Virus record (IMG/VR): IMGVR_UViG_3300042304_001388
Source of the DNA: an uncultured virus (IMG/VR IMGVR_UViG_3300042304_001388)
Taxonomy: Duplodnaviria; Heunggongvirae; Uroviricota; Caudoviricetes
Reading direction: 5' to 3' (one strand)
Length of the DNA: 64,000 nucleotides
Every line of letters begins with the position of its first letter. Position 1 is the first letter of the stretch. The notes under the pieces were generated by a model. It did no database searches and was not told the origin of the DNA. It saw nothing but the letters and a program-made list of their open reading frames with translations. Made by a program: the position numbers and the translations under genes. This document shows positions 46,654 to 56,513 of the stretch, piece by piece.

Positions 46654-47915
46654 TGAAACCAACAATATTATTTAGAGGACCAGTTAAAACAAGAAGTGGA
46701 TATGGTTCACACTCAAGAGATTTATTAGAGGCATTGTATCAAATGAATTTATTTGATATTAAAATTGATAGTTGTATGTGGGGGAATACTCCCATGACTG
46801 CTTTGGAACCGGATAATACATTTCATAAATGGATTGAAAGTAATATCGTTTATAAATTTGACGGTCTACCTGATATCTATATACAAGTAACGGTACCTAA
46901 TGAATTTAAAAGATTTGGTAAATTTAATATAGGTATCACCGCAGGAATTGAAACAACTGTTGCACCTAAAGATTGGATTGATGGTTGTAATCAAATGGAT
47001 TTAATAATTACAACATCTAATTTTTCTAAAGATGTTTTATTATCTACAGTTTATGATGAAAGAAATAAAACAACAAATGAATTAACTAATCAACATAAGA
47101 TAACAAAACCAATTGAAGTGTTATTTGAAGGTGTTGATACATCAATCTTTAATGATGTAATCAATAAAGATTTTAAATTAGATATTAAAGAAAACTTCGC
47201 ATTTTTATTTGTTGGTCATTGGTTAAAAGGAAACATAGGTCAAGACAGGAAAGACATCGGTATGTTGATTAAATGTTTTGTTGAGGCATTTAAGGATGGT
47301 AATGATATGCCAGCGTTAGTGTTAAAAACATCATCATCAAGTTTTTCAATTAAAGAAAGGGAAGTTTTTACTAAAAAAATAAAAGATATTGTTTCTGATA
47401 TTAAAAATCCTCCGTCTATTTATTTATTATTTGGTGATTTAAGTAATAAAGAAATGAATGATCTATATAACCATCCAAAAATTAAACTAATGGTTTCACT
47501 AACTAAAGGTGAGGGATTTGGTAGACCTTTATTAGAATTTACAATGACTGGTAAACCTGTAATGGCTTCCAATTGGTCGGGTCATAAAGATTTTTTATCT
47601 GTTGATAAATCAATTATGATTGGTGGTAAATTAACAGATGTTGACGATAGTGCAATTGATCAGTTTATTATTAAAGGATCTAAATGGTTTACCGCAAATT
47701 ATGGTGAAGTTGCTGAAATTATGAAAATAGCTAGAAACGATTATAGTAATTTCTTACTAAAATCTTTAAAACTTAAAGAAGAGAATAAACAAAACTTTTC
47801 TTTAGAAAAAATGAAAGAACGTTTTGAGGAGATATTAAAACCATATTCAATTGCGTTTCAACCTCCTCCACAACAAACCAAATTAATTTTACCTAAGTTA
47901 AATAAAGTTAAATAA
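46653..47915 (+). CDS. glycosyltransferase family 4 (GT-B)
   Basis: SGYG, RKDIG, GEGFGRPLLE...GKPV. Confidence 0.88.
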   Translation: MKPTILFRGPVKTRSGYGSHSRDLLEALYQMNLFDIKIDSCMWGNTPMTALEPDNTFHKWIESNIVYKFDGLPDIYIQVTVPNEFKRFGKFNIGITAGIETTVAPKDWIDGCNQMDLIITTSNFSKDVLLSTVYDERNKTTNELTNQHKITKPIEVLFEGVDTSIFNDVINKDFKLDIKENFAFLFVGHWLKGNIGQDRKDIGMLIKCFVEAFKDGNDMPALVLKTSSSSFSIKEREVFTKKIKDIVSDIKNPPSIYLLFGDLSNKEMNDLYNHPKIKLMVSLTKGEGFGRPLLEFTMTGKPVMASNWSGHKDFLSVDKSIMIGGKLTDVDDSAIDQFIIKGSKWFTANYGEVAEIMKIARNDYSNFLLKSLKLKEENKQNFSLEKMKERFEEILKPYSIAFQPPPQQTKLILPKLNKVK

Positions 47916-48157
47916 TGGGTGTTAGAGAGTTTAGATTTTTTCATGGGATAACAATTCAATCAGAAGGTATTCAGAATATCGTTAGAACACTACGTGCTCA
48001 ATGGAGACCTGAGTTGGTTGATGATTTAAATACCGTTTACTCAATTGATGCTGAGGCCGAATTAACAAGATTAATGTCGGAACAAATTGTGGAAGAAATT
48101 GACAACGAAGTAATAAATATATTAACGGGAAGAATAAACGGAGGACAAAGAGCATAA
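47915..48157 (+). CDS. FKF-tag variant (FRFF) protein carrying a gp23 major-capsid-protein fragment
   Basis: RTLRAQWRPELVDDLNTVYSIDAEAELTRLMSEQIVEEIDNEV matches the conserved gp23 R-x-L-K-A...ELAQDL...DAEAEL...EI segment. Confidence 0.7.
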   Translation: MGVREFRFFHGITIQSEGIQNIVRTLRAQWRPELVDDLNTVYSIDAEAELTRLMSEQIVEEIDNEVINILTGRINGGQRA

Positions 48158-48158
48158 T

Positions 48159-48779
48159 ATGAAAATAAGTTTTGCAATTACAGTTTGTAATGAATTAGAG
48201 GAAATAAAAAAATTGGTTTCATTTTTATTTAAACATAAAAGAAAGGAAGACGAGATTGTTATTCTCTATGATGAGAAGAACGGCAATTCCGAAATATTAG
48301 ATTTCTTATTACCATATAATAAATTCCCTCACGTTCAAACGTGGAGAGGTTTTGATTTTGAAGGTAACTTTGCAGATTGGAAAAATAAATTAAATGACTA
48401 CTGTCAGGGAGATTACATCTATCAAATAGATGCCGATGAAATGGTTAGTGAATATATAGTTAAAAATCTTAATCAAATATTAGAATTAAATCCAAAGGTT
48501 GATTTAATATTTGTTCCTCGTATTAATACAGTTAATGGTATAACACAAGAACACATTAATAAATGGGGTTGGAATGTTAATGAAAAAGGATGGGTAAACT
48601 TTCCCGATGCTCAAGGACGAATATACCGTAAAGGTATGAGTTGGTATGGTAAGGTTCACGAACGAATAATAGGTGGTCAGAAATTTTCATCATTACCTTT
48701 AGATGAAGAATATTGTATACAACACCATAAGACGATTGATCGTCAAGAAAAACAAAACAATTACTATAGTTCATTATGA
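48159..48779 (+). CDS. glycosyltransferase family 2
   Basis: ISFAITVCNE, QIDADE, WYGKVHE. Confidence 0.85.
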   Translation: MKISFAITVCNELEEIKKLVSFLFKHKRKEDEIVILYDEKNGNSEILDFLLPYNKFPHVQTWRGFDFEGNFADWKNKLNDYCQGDYIYQIDADEMVSEYIVKNLNQILELNPKVDLIFVPRINTVNGITQEHINKWGWNVNEKGWVNFPDAQGRIYRKGMSWYGKVHERIIGGQKFSSLPLDEEYCIQHHKTIDRQEKQNNYYSSL

Positions 48780-49390
48780 GTTATCAATATCCAAAACATT
48801 TTAAGTATCCAGAAGGAGAACGTTATTTCTTTTTAAATCATGTAGATTCGTGGGAGCATTTTTTACCTAACTATGGTAATGAACCAAGAGTATGTTTAGA
48901 AATAGGTGCATTGTATGGTGGATCATCAGTTTACATTTTAGATGAATTTTGTAAAAAAGAAGGTTCACATCATTATATAATGGATATCAATACAAATGAA
49001 TTTATTGAAAATAATATTAAACCATATAAAGATAAGGTAACATATATTTTAGGTGAATCGGCCGATAGTTTTAAAACATTTAACCATAATGGTGAAACTA
49101 AAGAGTTTTTAGACTTTGTTTACATAGATGGTAATCATATGTGTAAATATGTTTTAGAAGATGCTGTAAATGCATTTTACTGTTTGAAAGATTATGGTTA
49201 TATTATCTTTGATGATTACGGTGGAGGACTTGAACAAGATCAATATTTACAAGTTAAAACTGGTGCTGACGCGTTTTATCATGGATATCACAAATATTTA
49301 GAAATAGTGTATAACGGTTATCAAGTCATTATGAAAAAAATAAATTATATAAATGAAAATGATTTAAAAGAAAATTATTATAAAGTATGA
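48776..49390 (+). CDS. class I SAM methyltransferase (Methyltransf_24-like)
   Basis: LEIGALYGGS, DFVYIDGNH, IIFDDY. Confidence 0.85.
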   Translation: MSYQYPKHFKYPEGERYFFLNHVDSWEHFLPNYGNEPRVCLEIGALYGGSSVYILDEFCKKEGSHHYIMDINTNEFIENNIKPYKDKVTYILGESADSFKTFNHNGETKEFLDFVYIDGNHMCKYVLEDAVNAFYCLKDYGYIIFDDYGGGLEQDQYLQVKTGADAFYHGYHKYLEIVYNGYQVIMKKINYINENDLKENYYKV

Positions 49391-50382
49391 AAATATTAAT
49401 TACAGGAGTTGCGGGATTGTTAGGTTCAAGATTATCGGATTACATTATTGAAAATCATTCAGATGTTTATATCGTTGGTATTGATGATATGAGTGGTGGA
49501 TATAGGGAGAATGTTAATCCAAAGGTTGAGTTATGGGAAATGAATTTAGTTAATGGTAATATTAGTGAATGTTTTGAAAGACATCAATTTGATTATGTTT
49601 ACCATTTCGCAGCATATGCCGCTGAGGGATTATCCCCATTCATTAGAACATATAACTATCAAAACAATTTAGTTGCAACGTCGCGCATTATTACACAATG
49701 TATTAAACACAATATTAAAAGATTAGTATTCACGTCTACATTGGCGGTATATGGTCACCAGGATGGTAATATATTTGACGAAATTCAAGTACCTAAGCCT
49801 ATTGACCCGTACGGTGTTGCTAAATATGGTTGTGAAATGGATATACAGATTGCTGGTGAGCAACATGGACTTGATTGGTGTATTATTAGACCACACAACG
49901 TTTACGGTGTTAAACAGAACGTATGGGACAAATATAGAAACGTATTAGGTATATGGATGTATCAACATACAATCAACGAACCTATGACAATATTTGGTGA
50001 CGGTACACAAACAAGAGCTTTCAGTTATATTGATGACAGTCTTGAACCATTATGGAAAGCATCACAGGATAAAAGAGCATCAAAAGAAATTATTAACTTA
50101 GGTGGTGTTAAAGAATATTCAATAAACGAAGCTAATGAAATTTTACGTGAAGTTGTTGGTGGAGGTGAGGTAAAATATTTTGAAGGTAGACATGAAGTGA
50201 AACACTCTATACCAACTTGGCAAAAGTCAATTGACTTGTTAGATTTTGAACATAAGACAGATTTAAAAGAAGGTCTAACTAAAATGTGGGAGTGGGTTAA
50301 AACACAACCAGTTAGAGAGAGATTCGTATGGCCATTCTACGAATTAGATAAAGGAATTTACTCATTTTGGAAAACAAAATAA
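49387..50382 (+). CDS. NAD-dependent epimerase/dehydratase
   Basis: ITGVAGLLG, YGVAK. Confidence 0.9.
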   Translation: MKILITGVAGLLGSRLSDYIIENHSDVYIVGIDDMSGGYRENVNPKVELWEMNLVNGNISECFERHQFDYVYHFAAYAAEGLSPFIRTYNYQNNLVATSRIITQCIKHNIKRLVFTSTLAVYGHQDGNIFDEIQVPKPIDPYGVAKYGCEMDIQIAGEQHGLDWCIIRPHNVYGVKQNVWDKYRNVLGIWMYQHTINEPMTIFGDGTQTRAFSYIDDSLEPLWKASQDKRASKEIINLGGVKEYSINEANEILREVVGGGEVKYFEGRHEVKHSIPTWQKSIDLLDFEHKTDLKEGLTKMWEWVKTQPVRERFVWPFYELDKGIYSFWKTK

Positions 50383-50383
50383 T

Positions 50384-51406
50384 ATGAAAAAAGTATTAGT
50401 ATTAGGTGCAGGTGGATTCATCGGTTCACATTTAGTAAAAAAATTAAAAGAACAAGGATGTTGGGTTAGAGGAGTTGATTTAAAATATCCCGAATATGAA
50501 ACAAGTGCTGCAGATGATTTTGTTATCCGTGATTTAAGAGATCCTAAAAATGTTGAGTCTGTGGTAAGATTAGAGGCATATAAAAATTCTCCTTTAACAT
50601 ATAAATTTGATCTATACCCATTTTCAGAAAGATTACATTTCGATGAGGTGTATCAATTAGCTGCAGATATGGGTGGTGCTGGTTATATTTTTAGTGGTGA
50701 TAATGATGCTGATGTCATGCACAATTCTGCAATGATTAATTTAAATGTTGCACATGAATGTTCAAAACAAAATGTTAAAAAAGTTTTTTATTCCTCATCA
50801 GCATGTATGTATCCTGAACATAATCAATTAGATCCCAATAACCCTAATTGTGAAGAATCTTCTGCCTATCCGGCGAATCCTGATTCAGAATACGGTTGGG
50901 AAAAATTATTTAGTGAAAGAATGTTTTTAGCATTTAATAGAAATTATAAATTAGATGTTAGAATCGCCAGATTTCATAACATTTTTGGTCCTTACGGAAC
51001 TTATAAAGGAGGAAAAGAAAAGGCACCCGCAGCCATATGTAGAAAAGTTTCTGAAGTTTTAGATGGTGGTGAAATTGAAGTGTGGGGTGATGGAAATCAA
51101 ACACGTTCTTTTTTATATATCGATGAATGTGTTGAGGGTGTTTTGAGATTAATGGAATCCGATTTCATGGGACCAATTAATATTGGTAGTGATGAAATGA
51201 TATCAATAAATGATTTAGTTAATTATGTTATTGATATTAGTGGTAAAATGGTTAATATTAAACATATTGATGGTCCCACAGGTGTTAGAGGTAGAAATAG
51301 TGACAATACTTTAATTAAAGAAAAATTAAATTGGTCACCAAAACAACCTTTATATGATGGACTAATAAAAAAATTTAATTTTATAAAAAAAGAAATTATT
51401 AAATGA
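50384..51406 (+). CDS. GDP-mannose 3,5-epimerase-like NAD-dependent epimerase
   Basis: GAGGFIG, LAADMGGAG, SSACMYP, YGWEK, EKAPAAICRK, GVRGRNSDN. Confidence 0.85.
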   Translation: MKKVLVLGAGGFIGSHLVKKLKEQGCWVRGVDLKYPEYETSAADDFVIRDLRDPKNVESVVRLEAYKNSPLTYKFDLYPFSERLHFDEVYQLAADMGGAGYIFSGDNDADVMHNSAMINLNVAHECSKQNVKKVFYSSSACMYPEHNQLDPNNPNCEESSAYPANPDSEYGWEKLFSERMFLAFNRNYKLDVRIARFHNIFGPYGTYKGGKEKAPAAICRKVSEVLDGGEIEVWGDGNQTRSFLYIDECVEGVLRLMESDFMGPINIGSDEMISINDLVNYVIDISGKMVNIKHIDGPTGVRGRNSDNTLIKEKLNWSPKQPLYDGLIKKFNFIKKEIIK

Positions 51407-51978
51407 AAATAGAATTTATTATACCGACATACAATAGACCTCATCAATTAATGGGTGTGATAAGTTCTATATATTCACAAACATCACCTAATTGGAAAAT
51501 ACACGTTGTTGCAGATGCTGTTTATGATGGTTATCAAAAAGTAAAAGATTATTTTAACGGTGACGATAGAATAAGATTTACAGAATTAAATGGTCCACAT
51601 AAAGATTGGGGACATACCCCAAGAAATTATGGATTACAACATGCAACGGAAGAATGGGTTGTTATGACAGGTGACGATAATTACTATATGCCAATCTTTG
51701 TCGAAGATTTTTTAAATTCTGTGGAAAAAAACACACATTTTGTTTATTGTAATATGGTTCACAATTGGGTTAATAATCAATACATTGTTTTAAATTCAAT
51801 TCCTAAATTAGGTGCCATAGACATCGGTAATTTTATGTCTAAAACAGATTTGGCTAAAAATATAAAATTAGATATTACATATGAACAATCTGATGGTTTA
51901 TTTGTTGAGGAGTATCTAAGAAAATATCCTCACGGAACTATTAAAAAAATAAATAAACCACTATACGTACATAATTAA
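51403..51978 (+). CDS. glycosyltransferase family 2
   Basis: IIPTYNRP, RNYGL, GDDNY. Confidence 0.85.
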   Translation: MKIEFIIPTYNRPHQLMGVISSIYSQTSPNWKIHVVADAVYDGYQKVKDYFNGDDRIRFTELNGPHKDWGHTPRNYGLQHATEEWVVMTGDDNYYMPIFVEDFLNSVEKNTHFVYCNMVHNWVNNQYIVLNSIPKLGAIDIGNFMSKTDLAKNIKLDITYEQSDGLFVEEYLRKYPHGTIKKINKPLYVHN

Positions 51979-51981
51979 ATT

Positions 51982-52461
51982 ATGAAACAACAAACAAAAC
52001 AAGAATTAGAGGATTGGTATAAAAAAAATGATCCTTGGTCATATAAAACAACTAATGATGATATTATTAGAAAAGAAAAAATATTATCATTATTAGAAAA
52101 CTATAATACGGCATTAGATATTGGTTGCGGTGAAGGATTTATTACGACAGATTTACCCGCAAACAAAATTTACGGAATAGAATTATCTGATAATGCGTCC
52201 TTAAGATTACCAAATAACATTATTAGATTAATGAAACCAGAGGAAAAGTATGATTTGGTAATGACAACCGGTACATTATATAGTCAATATAATAATGAAC
52301 AAATAAGAAATTGGATTTTTGAGTCATCAAAAAAACACATACTGGTTGGTGGAATTAAAGATTGGATGTTGTGGTCCGACTATGGTAAAATAATAAAAGA
52401 AATAGAATTTAAGTATAGAGAATATACACAAATAATTAGATTATATGAGGTTACTACATAA
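51982..52461 (+). CDS. SAM methyltransferase, NodS-like
   Basis: WY..NDPWSY, ALDIGCGEG. Confidence 0.7.
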   Translation: MKQQTKQELEDWYKKNDPWSYKTTNDDIIRKEKILSLLENYNTALDIGCGEGFITTDLPANKIYGIELSDNASLRLPNNIIRLMKPEEKYDLVMTTGTLYSQYNNEQIRNWIFESSKKHILVGGIKDWMLWSDYGKIIKEIEFKYREYTQIIRLYEVTT

Positions 52462-52957
52462 TATAGGAGATATAAGACATTCAAATTATCACACTCGTGA
52501 TCAAATTTTAAAATCAAACGAACCATTAGGTTTTGATGGAATATATCTTAATGTTTATGAAAACAAGGATGTGTTAAAAGAGAAGATCGGAATTTTTTTT
52601 GTAATGGGTAATTACATCGGTGGAGACAATTCATTTGATTTAAAATATGTACCGAAGTTAGAAAAATATTGTACGTGGGAACAAATACATGAAATGTGTG
52701 AAGAGTTTGATTTTGAAATAGGTTGGCATACTTGGAGTCATCCAGATTTAAGGACATTATCAAAAGAAGAAATAATAAAGGAAATTACTCCCCCATTTCC
52801 TATGAGATATTTTGCATATCCATACGGACACTTTAATGATTTAGTTATCGAATGTGTTAAGGAAGTTGGTTTTGAAAAAGCATGGAGTGTTCACCAAGGT
52901 TCAAGAAATCCAAATGAAAAGGATTATAATTTTAAAATATACAGACCATACTTATGA
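52445..52957 (+). CDS. polysaccharide deacetylase (NodB/CE4)
   Basis: FDG, EIGWHTWSHPDL, FAYPYG. Confidence 0.85.
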   Translation: MRLLHNIGDIRHSNYHTRDQILKSNEPLGFDGIYLNVYENKDVLKEKIGIFFVMGNYIGGDNSFDLKYVPKLEKYCTWEQIHEMCEEFDFEIGWHTWSHPDLRTLSKEEIIKEITPPFPMRYFAYPYGHFNDLVIECVKEVGFEKAWSVHQGSRNPNEKDYNFKIYRPYL

Positions 52958-53688
52958 TTAATTTTGAACAACTTAAGAAAGAATATAACGAAAAAGGTAT
53001 TATAGTTATGTCAAATGTTTTTACGTCAGAAGAGTGTGACGAAATTAAAAAGAATGCTTATTCTGTGAGAGATGAGGATATTAAAAAAAGTGGTTATCCA
53101 CACGTACCAAGTGAAAAGAAAAATGGTAAAAGATTGTTAGTTTTTTTTCCGTCACTTGTTAACGAATATCTGAATAAAATTAGAACGGATGAAAGGATGA
53201 TTAATTTGGTTAAAAATTTTATTGGTGATGATGTTAAACAAATAAATAATCAAATTTATTTTAGAGAAAGTGGTGACCAAGATCAATTTGCGTGGCATCA
53301 AGACGTTATGTTTAGAGAGGATATAAATTTCAATAACGATGTAGAGGATGATTATTTCCAAACAATAATTGCCGTTGATGAAATAACAGAGGACAATGGT
53401 GCAATTGAGTTTATTGATGGTTCACATAAGACAATGAGGATTCCGCTTCCAAATAATTTACGAGAATTTAAAAGAGGTGACTTAAGTGGTAAGAAATATA
53501 CCGCAAATAAAGGTGATGTTTTGATATGGTCAGTTTTATCTGTTCATGGTAGTGAGCCAAATCAATCAAAGAAAGATAGAATGACATATATGAATGGATT
53601 CTGTAGGTCAAAATCAACAAAAACATATCCTGATTACTTGAAAAATGGTGAAATAATTCGTAATATTAATGTAAACCATATACCATGA
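52954..53688 (+). CDS. PhyH-family Fe(II)/2-oxoglutarate dioxygenase
   Basis: WHQD, DNGAIEFIDGSH, HGSEPN...R. Confidence 0.88.
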   Translation: MINFEQLKKEYNEKGIIVMSNVFTSEECDEIKKNAYSVRDEDIKKSGYPHVPSEKKNGKRLLVFFPSLVNEYLNKIRTDERMINLVKNFIGDDVKQINNQIYFRESGDQDQFAWHQDVMFREDINFNNDVEDDYFQTIIAVDEITEDNGAIEFIDGSHKTMRIPLPNNLREFKRGDLSGKKYTANKGDVLIWSVLSVHGSEPNQSKKDRMTYMNGFCRSKSTKTYPDYLKNGEIIRNINVNHIP

Positions 53689-54299
53689 GTACTATAACAG
53701 TTGTGATTGCTTCATATCAATATGGACATTTAGCCGCACATTGTATTGAAAGTGTTTTATGTCAATCGAGAAAACCTGATAAGATTTTATTTGTAGATGA
53801 CGGTGTTGGTGATTGTGGTCACCTACCAAAAATATATCCTGAAGTTGAATATGTGTTGAGGGAAAAAAACATGGGTACTGTTGCAAATTTTCAGGATATG
53901 TTGATGAGAGTGACAACCGATAAATGTATGTTTTTAGGTGCAGATAATTGGTTAAGGGCAGATACTTTAGAAATATTAGACAAAATTGATGCTGATGTTG
54001 TTGTTTATGATATAGTAGTTACCGGCGATTCAAAAAAAGGTTTACATGATAGACACGGGAATGAAATGACATCATATCAAGGGGATTTATATTGGACTAG
54101 ACATAAACATCATCATGGCTCAATGTTATATAAAACAAAATTAGCACAATCAATTGGTTACAAGGGAACCGGTGGTAAACATTCAGAAGAAGATTTATAT
54201 CTTTTTAGAGAAATGAAAAATCGCGGTGCAAAAATGGAATGGGTTAAAGAAGGTCTTTTATATTACAGAAGACATAGAGAAAATTTTATAAAAACATAA
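53685..54299 (+). CDS. glycosyltransferase family 2
   Basis: VVIASYQY, CIESVLCQ, VDDG, ED...YYRRH. Confidence 0.85.
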   Translation: MSTITVVIASYQYGHLAAHCIESVLCQSRKPDKILFVDDGVGDCGHLPKIYPEVEYVLREKNMGTVANFQDMLMRVTTDKCMFLGADNWLRADTLEILDKIDADVVVYDIVVTGDSKKGLHDRHGNEMTSYQGDLYWTRHKHHHGSMLYKTKLAQSIGYKGTGGKHSEEDLYLFREMKNRGAKMEWVKEGLLYYRRHRENFIKT

Positions 54300-54300
54300 T

Positions 54301-55413
54301 ATGAAAATAAGTTTAGTGCTAGCGGTTTACAATAAATTAGATTTAACAACAGAATGTTATAAAAGATTACGTCAGTTATATCCCAACGCACCATTAGTTA
54401 TTAGTAGTGGTGGATCAAGTGATGGAACCAAAGAATGGTTAGAATCGTTAGAAGATGAAAACCTATCTTTCTTTCATGATGATGATCGTTTGACATTCTC
54501 AGAAACATATAACGCAGGTATTGACCTTGTTGATACTGAAAAAATTGTTCTTATCCATAACGATATGGTTATTGGTGAAGGTTTCTTAGAGGCAATAGAA
54601 AGACTATTAACTGAAAATATGATCTTATCCTACACAACAATTGAACCTCCTATTTTTAAAGGTCATTCAAGACCTGGTAAAGTATTGTTAGATTTGGGTA
54701 GTGGGTTTGATAACTTTGATCAAACTAATTTTAATAATTACATTCAAAAATGGAAAGATACTGATACACTACACGATGGTGCGGTCTTCTTTATGTCGGC
54801 ATATAAGAAAACATTTATTGACTTAGGTGGTTTTGACGGATTTAGTTTTGTTCCATGTTTTTGTGAAGATGATGACTTTTTAATCCGTGCGAAACTAAAA
54901 GGGTACGAATTAAAAACTTGTGATTCTGCAATTACCTATCATTTTGTTTCGCAGACATCAAGATTCAGTGATGAAATGAAAGATGTACGTGGAGCAATTG
55001 AAGCTCATTCCATTAGAAACTTTATTAGAAAATGGGGTATTAGTATTCCAATGTTCAATGCAATGGATTATCAAACAACAGATAACTTTACATACGTTAA
55101 GAAAATTGTTGGTGTTAAATTAAGTAGTACCAAACATATTGAATTATTGGAACCATTCTTTGATAAGATTGAGATTGATGAGTTCCCAACGGAATATGTT
55201 GAAAAGGAACAAGGATCTACTCGTTACAATTTAACTAAGAAATTTGAAGATGTTAATGATGTTGATATAAAAGTATTTGTTACCGATAACTTTAATCAGG
55301 ATGATTTTAACATGGTCAACGCATTGAGAGTATCTCTTGATGATTACGGACCTGGTGTTTATGAAAATGGTAATATAACAGTGTTGATAATAGATAAGGA
55401 TCAAAAGGCGTAA
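54301..55413 (+). CDS. glycosyltransferase family 2
   Basis: SSDGT, LIHNDM, GGFD...EDDDF. Confidence 0.85.
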   Translation: MKISLVLAVYNKLDLTTECYKRLRQLYPNAPLVISSGGSSDGTKEWLESLEDENLSFFHDDDRLTFSETYNAGIDLVDTEKIVLIHNDMVIGEGFLEAIERLLTENMILSYTTIEPPIFKGHSRPGKVLLDLGSGFDNFDQTNFNNYIQKWKDTDTLHDGAVFFMSAYKKTFIDLGGFDGFSFVPCFCEDDDFLIRAKLKGYELKTCDSAITYHFVSQTSRFSDEMKDVRGAIEAHSIRNFIRKWGISIPMFNAMDYQTTDNFTYVKKIVGVKLSSTKHIELLEPFFDKIEIDEFPTEYVEKEQGSTRYNLTKKFEDVNDVDIKVFVTDNFNQDDFNMVNALRVSLDDYGPGVYENGNITVLIIDKDQKA

Positions 55414-56036
55414 TTGCCGACGTGTTTAACCATCATACTTAAGTATGTATCAATAAACACTTCATAACCCAACTCTCTTAACTTACCTAATAAAATAAAG
55501 TCTTCACCGAAGTAATCTTCGGTGTCTTCTTTATATCTAAATTCAAAGTATGGTTTTTCTAATTTATCGAACATATCTAATTTCATTAACATACATCCCA
55601 TACCTACTCCCTCCACTTTAACGAGGTCTTCCTGTATTTCCATTGGTAACCAACTATTCCAATCATTTAAATCGGTGTATGCAACCGTTTTAAGAGGTTT
55701 TGAACGTCTCATATAATTACATGCCACAATGTCCTTATTGTGTTCTAAAAGACGTAATGCTGTGGTTGGTGGGAACATCATATCACTATCTAACCAAAGG
55801 ACATAATCTGAATTTACTTCCTTTGCTTTCTTAATAAGATTGTTTCTTTGATTTAATAATATTGTACTTGAATCGTAGAATAAATAAGCATCTATACCTG
55901 CCTCTCTTGTTGTATTAAATAATTGAGTTATACAATAAGAGAACTGACTATGAACAGTATCCCTCGTTGGGACTAATATTGATAACTTAAGTGGTTTTAC
56001 CTCCCACATTGAGCTATTATTGATTGATTTACTCAT
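55401..56036 (-). CDS. GT-A fold glycosyltransferase-like protein
   Basis: QRN, LWLDSDMMF, GMGCML, GEDF. Confidence 0.75.
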   Translation of the reverse strand: MSKSINNSSMWEVKPLKLSILVPTRDTVHSQFSYCITQLFNTTREAGIDAYLFYDSSTILLNQRNNLIKKAKEVNSDYVLWLDSDMMFPPTTALRLLEHNKDIVACNYMRRSKPLKTVAYTDLNDWNSWLPMEIQEDLVKVEGVGMGCMLMKLDMFDKLEKPYFEFRYKEDTEDYFGEDFILLGKLRELGYEVFIDTYLSMMVKHVGNYAF

Positions 56037-56476
56037 AATCCCGGTATGTTGTCTGTTATGGTGTTATTTTGATATGTTATGTTTCTACCCGCTTCAACCA
56101 TTTCTTCAACCCTTTTAGATATAAGTTGAAAGTCTTTAATTGGGAGATTACTAATCGTTGTATATGTTAATCTTGAATATGTATTTGTTAGTAAGATATC
56201 CACAGCACCAATCCTTGCCCATTTCTCAATAAAACACATTCTTAATATGTTCTCATCCCCACATAATAAACCTTCAATACGAACTTTATCGTACGTGTTT
56301 AATATCTCCGCAAGTATTTGATGTTCCCTTCTGTAATAGGGTATAAAAGATAAAAAATACGTTAATTTGAGACGTTTAACAAACTTGATGAGTCTTTCTC
56401 TATCAAAGTTAATTCCGTTCCATTTAACGTACTGTAATTCGTATTTTGAGGGGTGACACTTATAACGTAAATCCAT
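56033..56476 (-). CDS. hypothetical protein
   Basis: 147-aa ORF. Confidence 0.65.
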   Translation of the reverse strand: MDLRYKCHPSKYELQYVKWNGINFDRERLIKFVKRLKLTYFLSFIPYYRREHQILAEILNTYDKVRIEGLLCGDENILRMCFIEKWARIGAVDILLTNTYSRLTYTTISNLPIKDFQLISKRVEEMVEAGRNITYQNNTITDNIPGL

Positions 56477-56513
56477 ACATTATAATATAATAAAAAAAGG
56501 TGAAAATGTAAAA

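Noticed and set aside
47915..48157. The true major capsid gene or a frameshifted copy of it
   Set aside because: Only 80 aa, flanked tightly by intact glycosyltransferase genes with no room for the rest of gp23.
45292..55413. Bacterial LPS/capsule locus
   Set aside because: No wzx/wzy/ABC export genes; embedded among phage-type genes, with a capsid fragment inside and a fibre gene adjacent.
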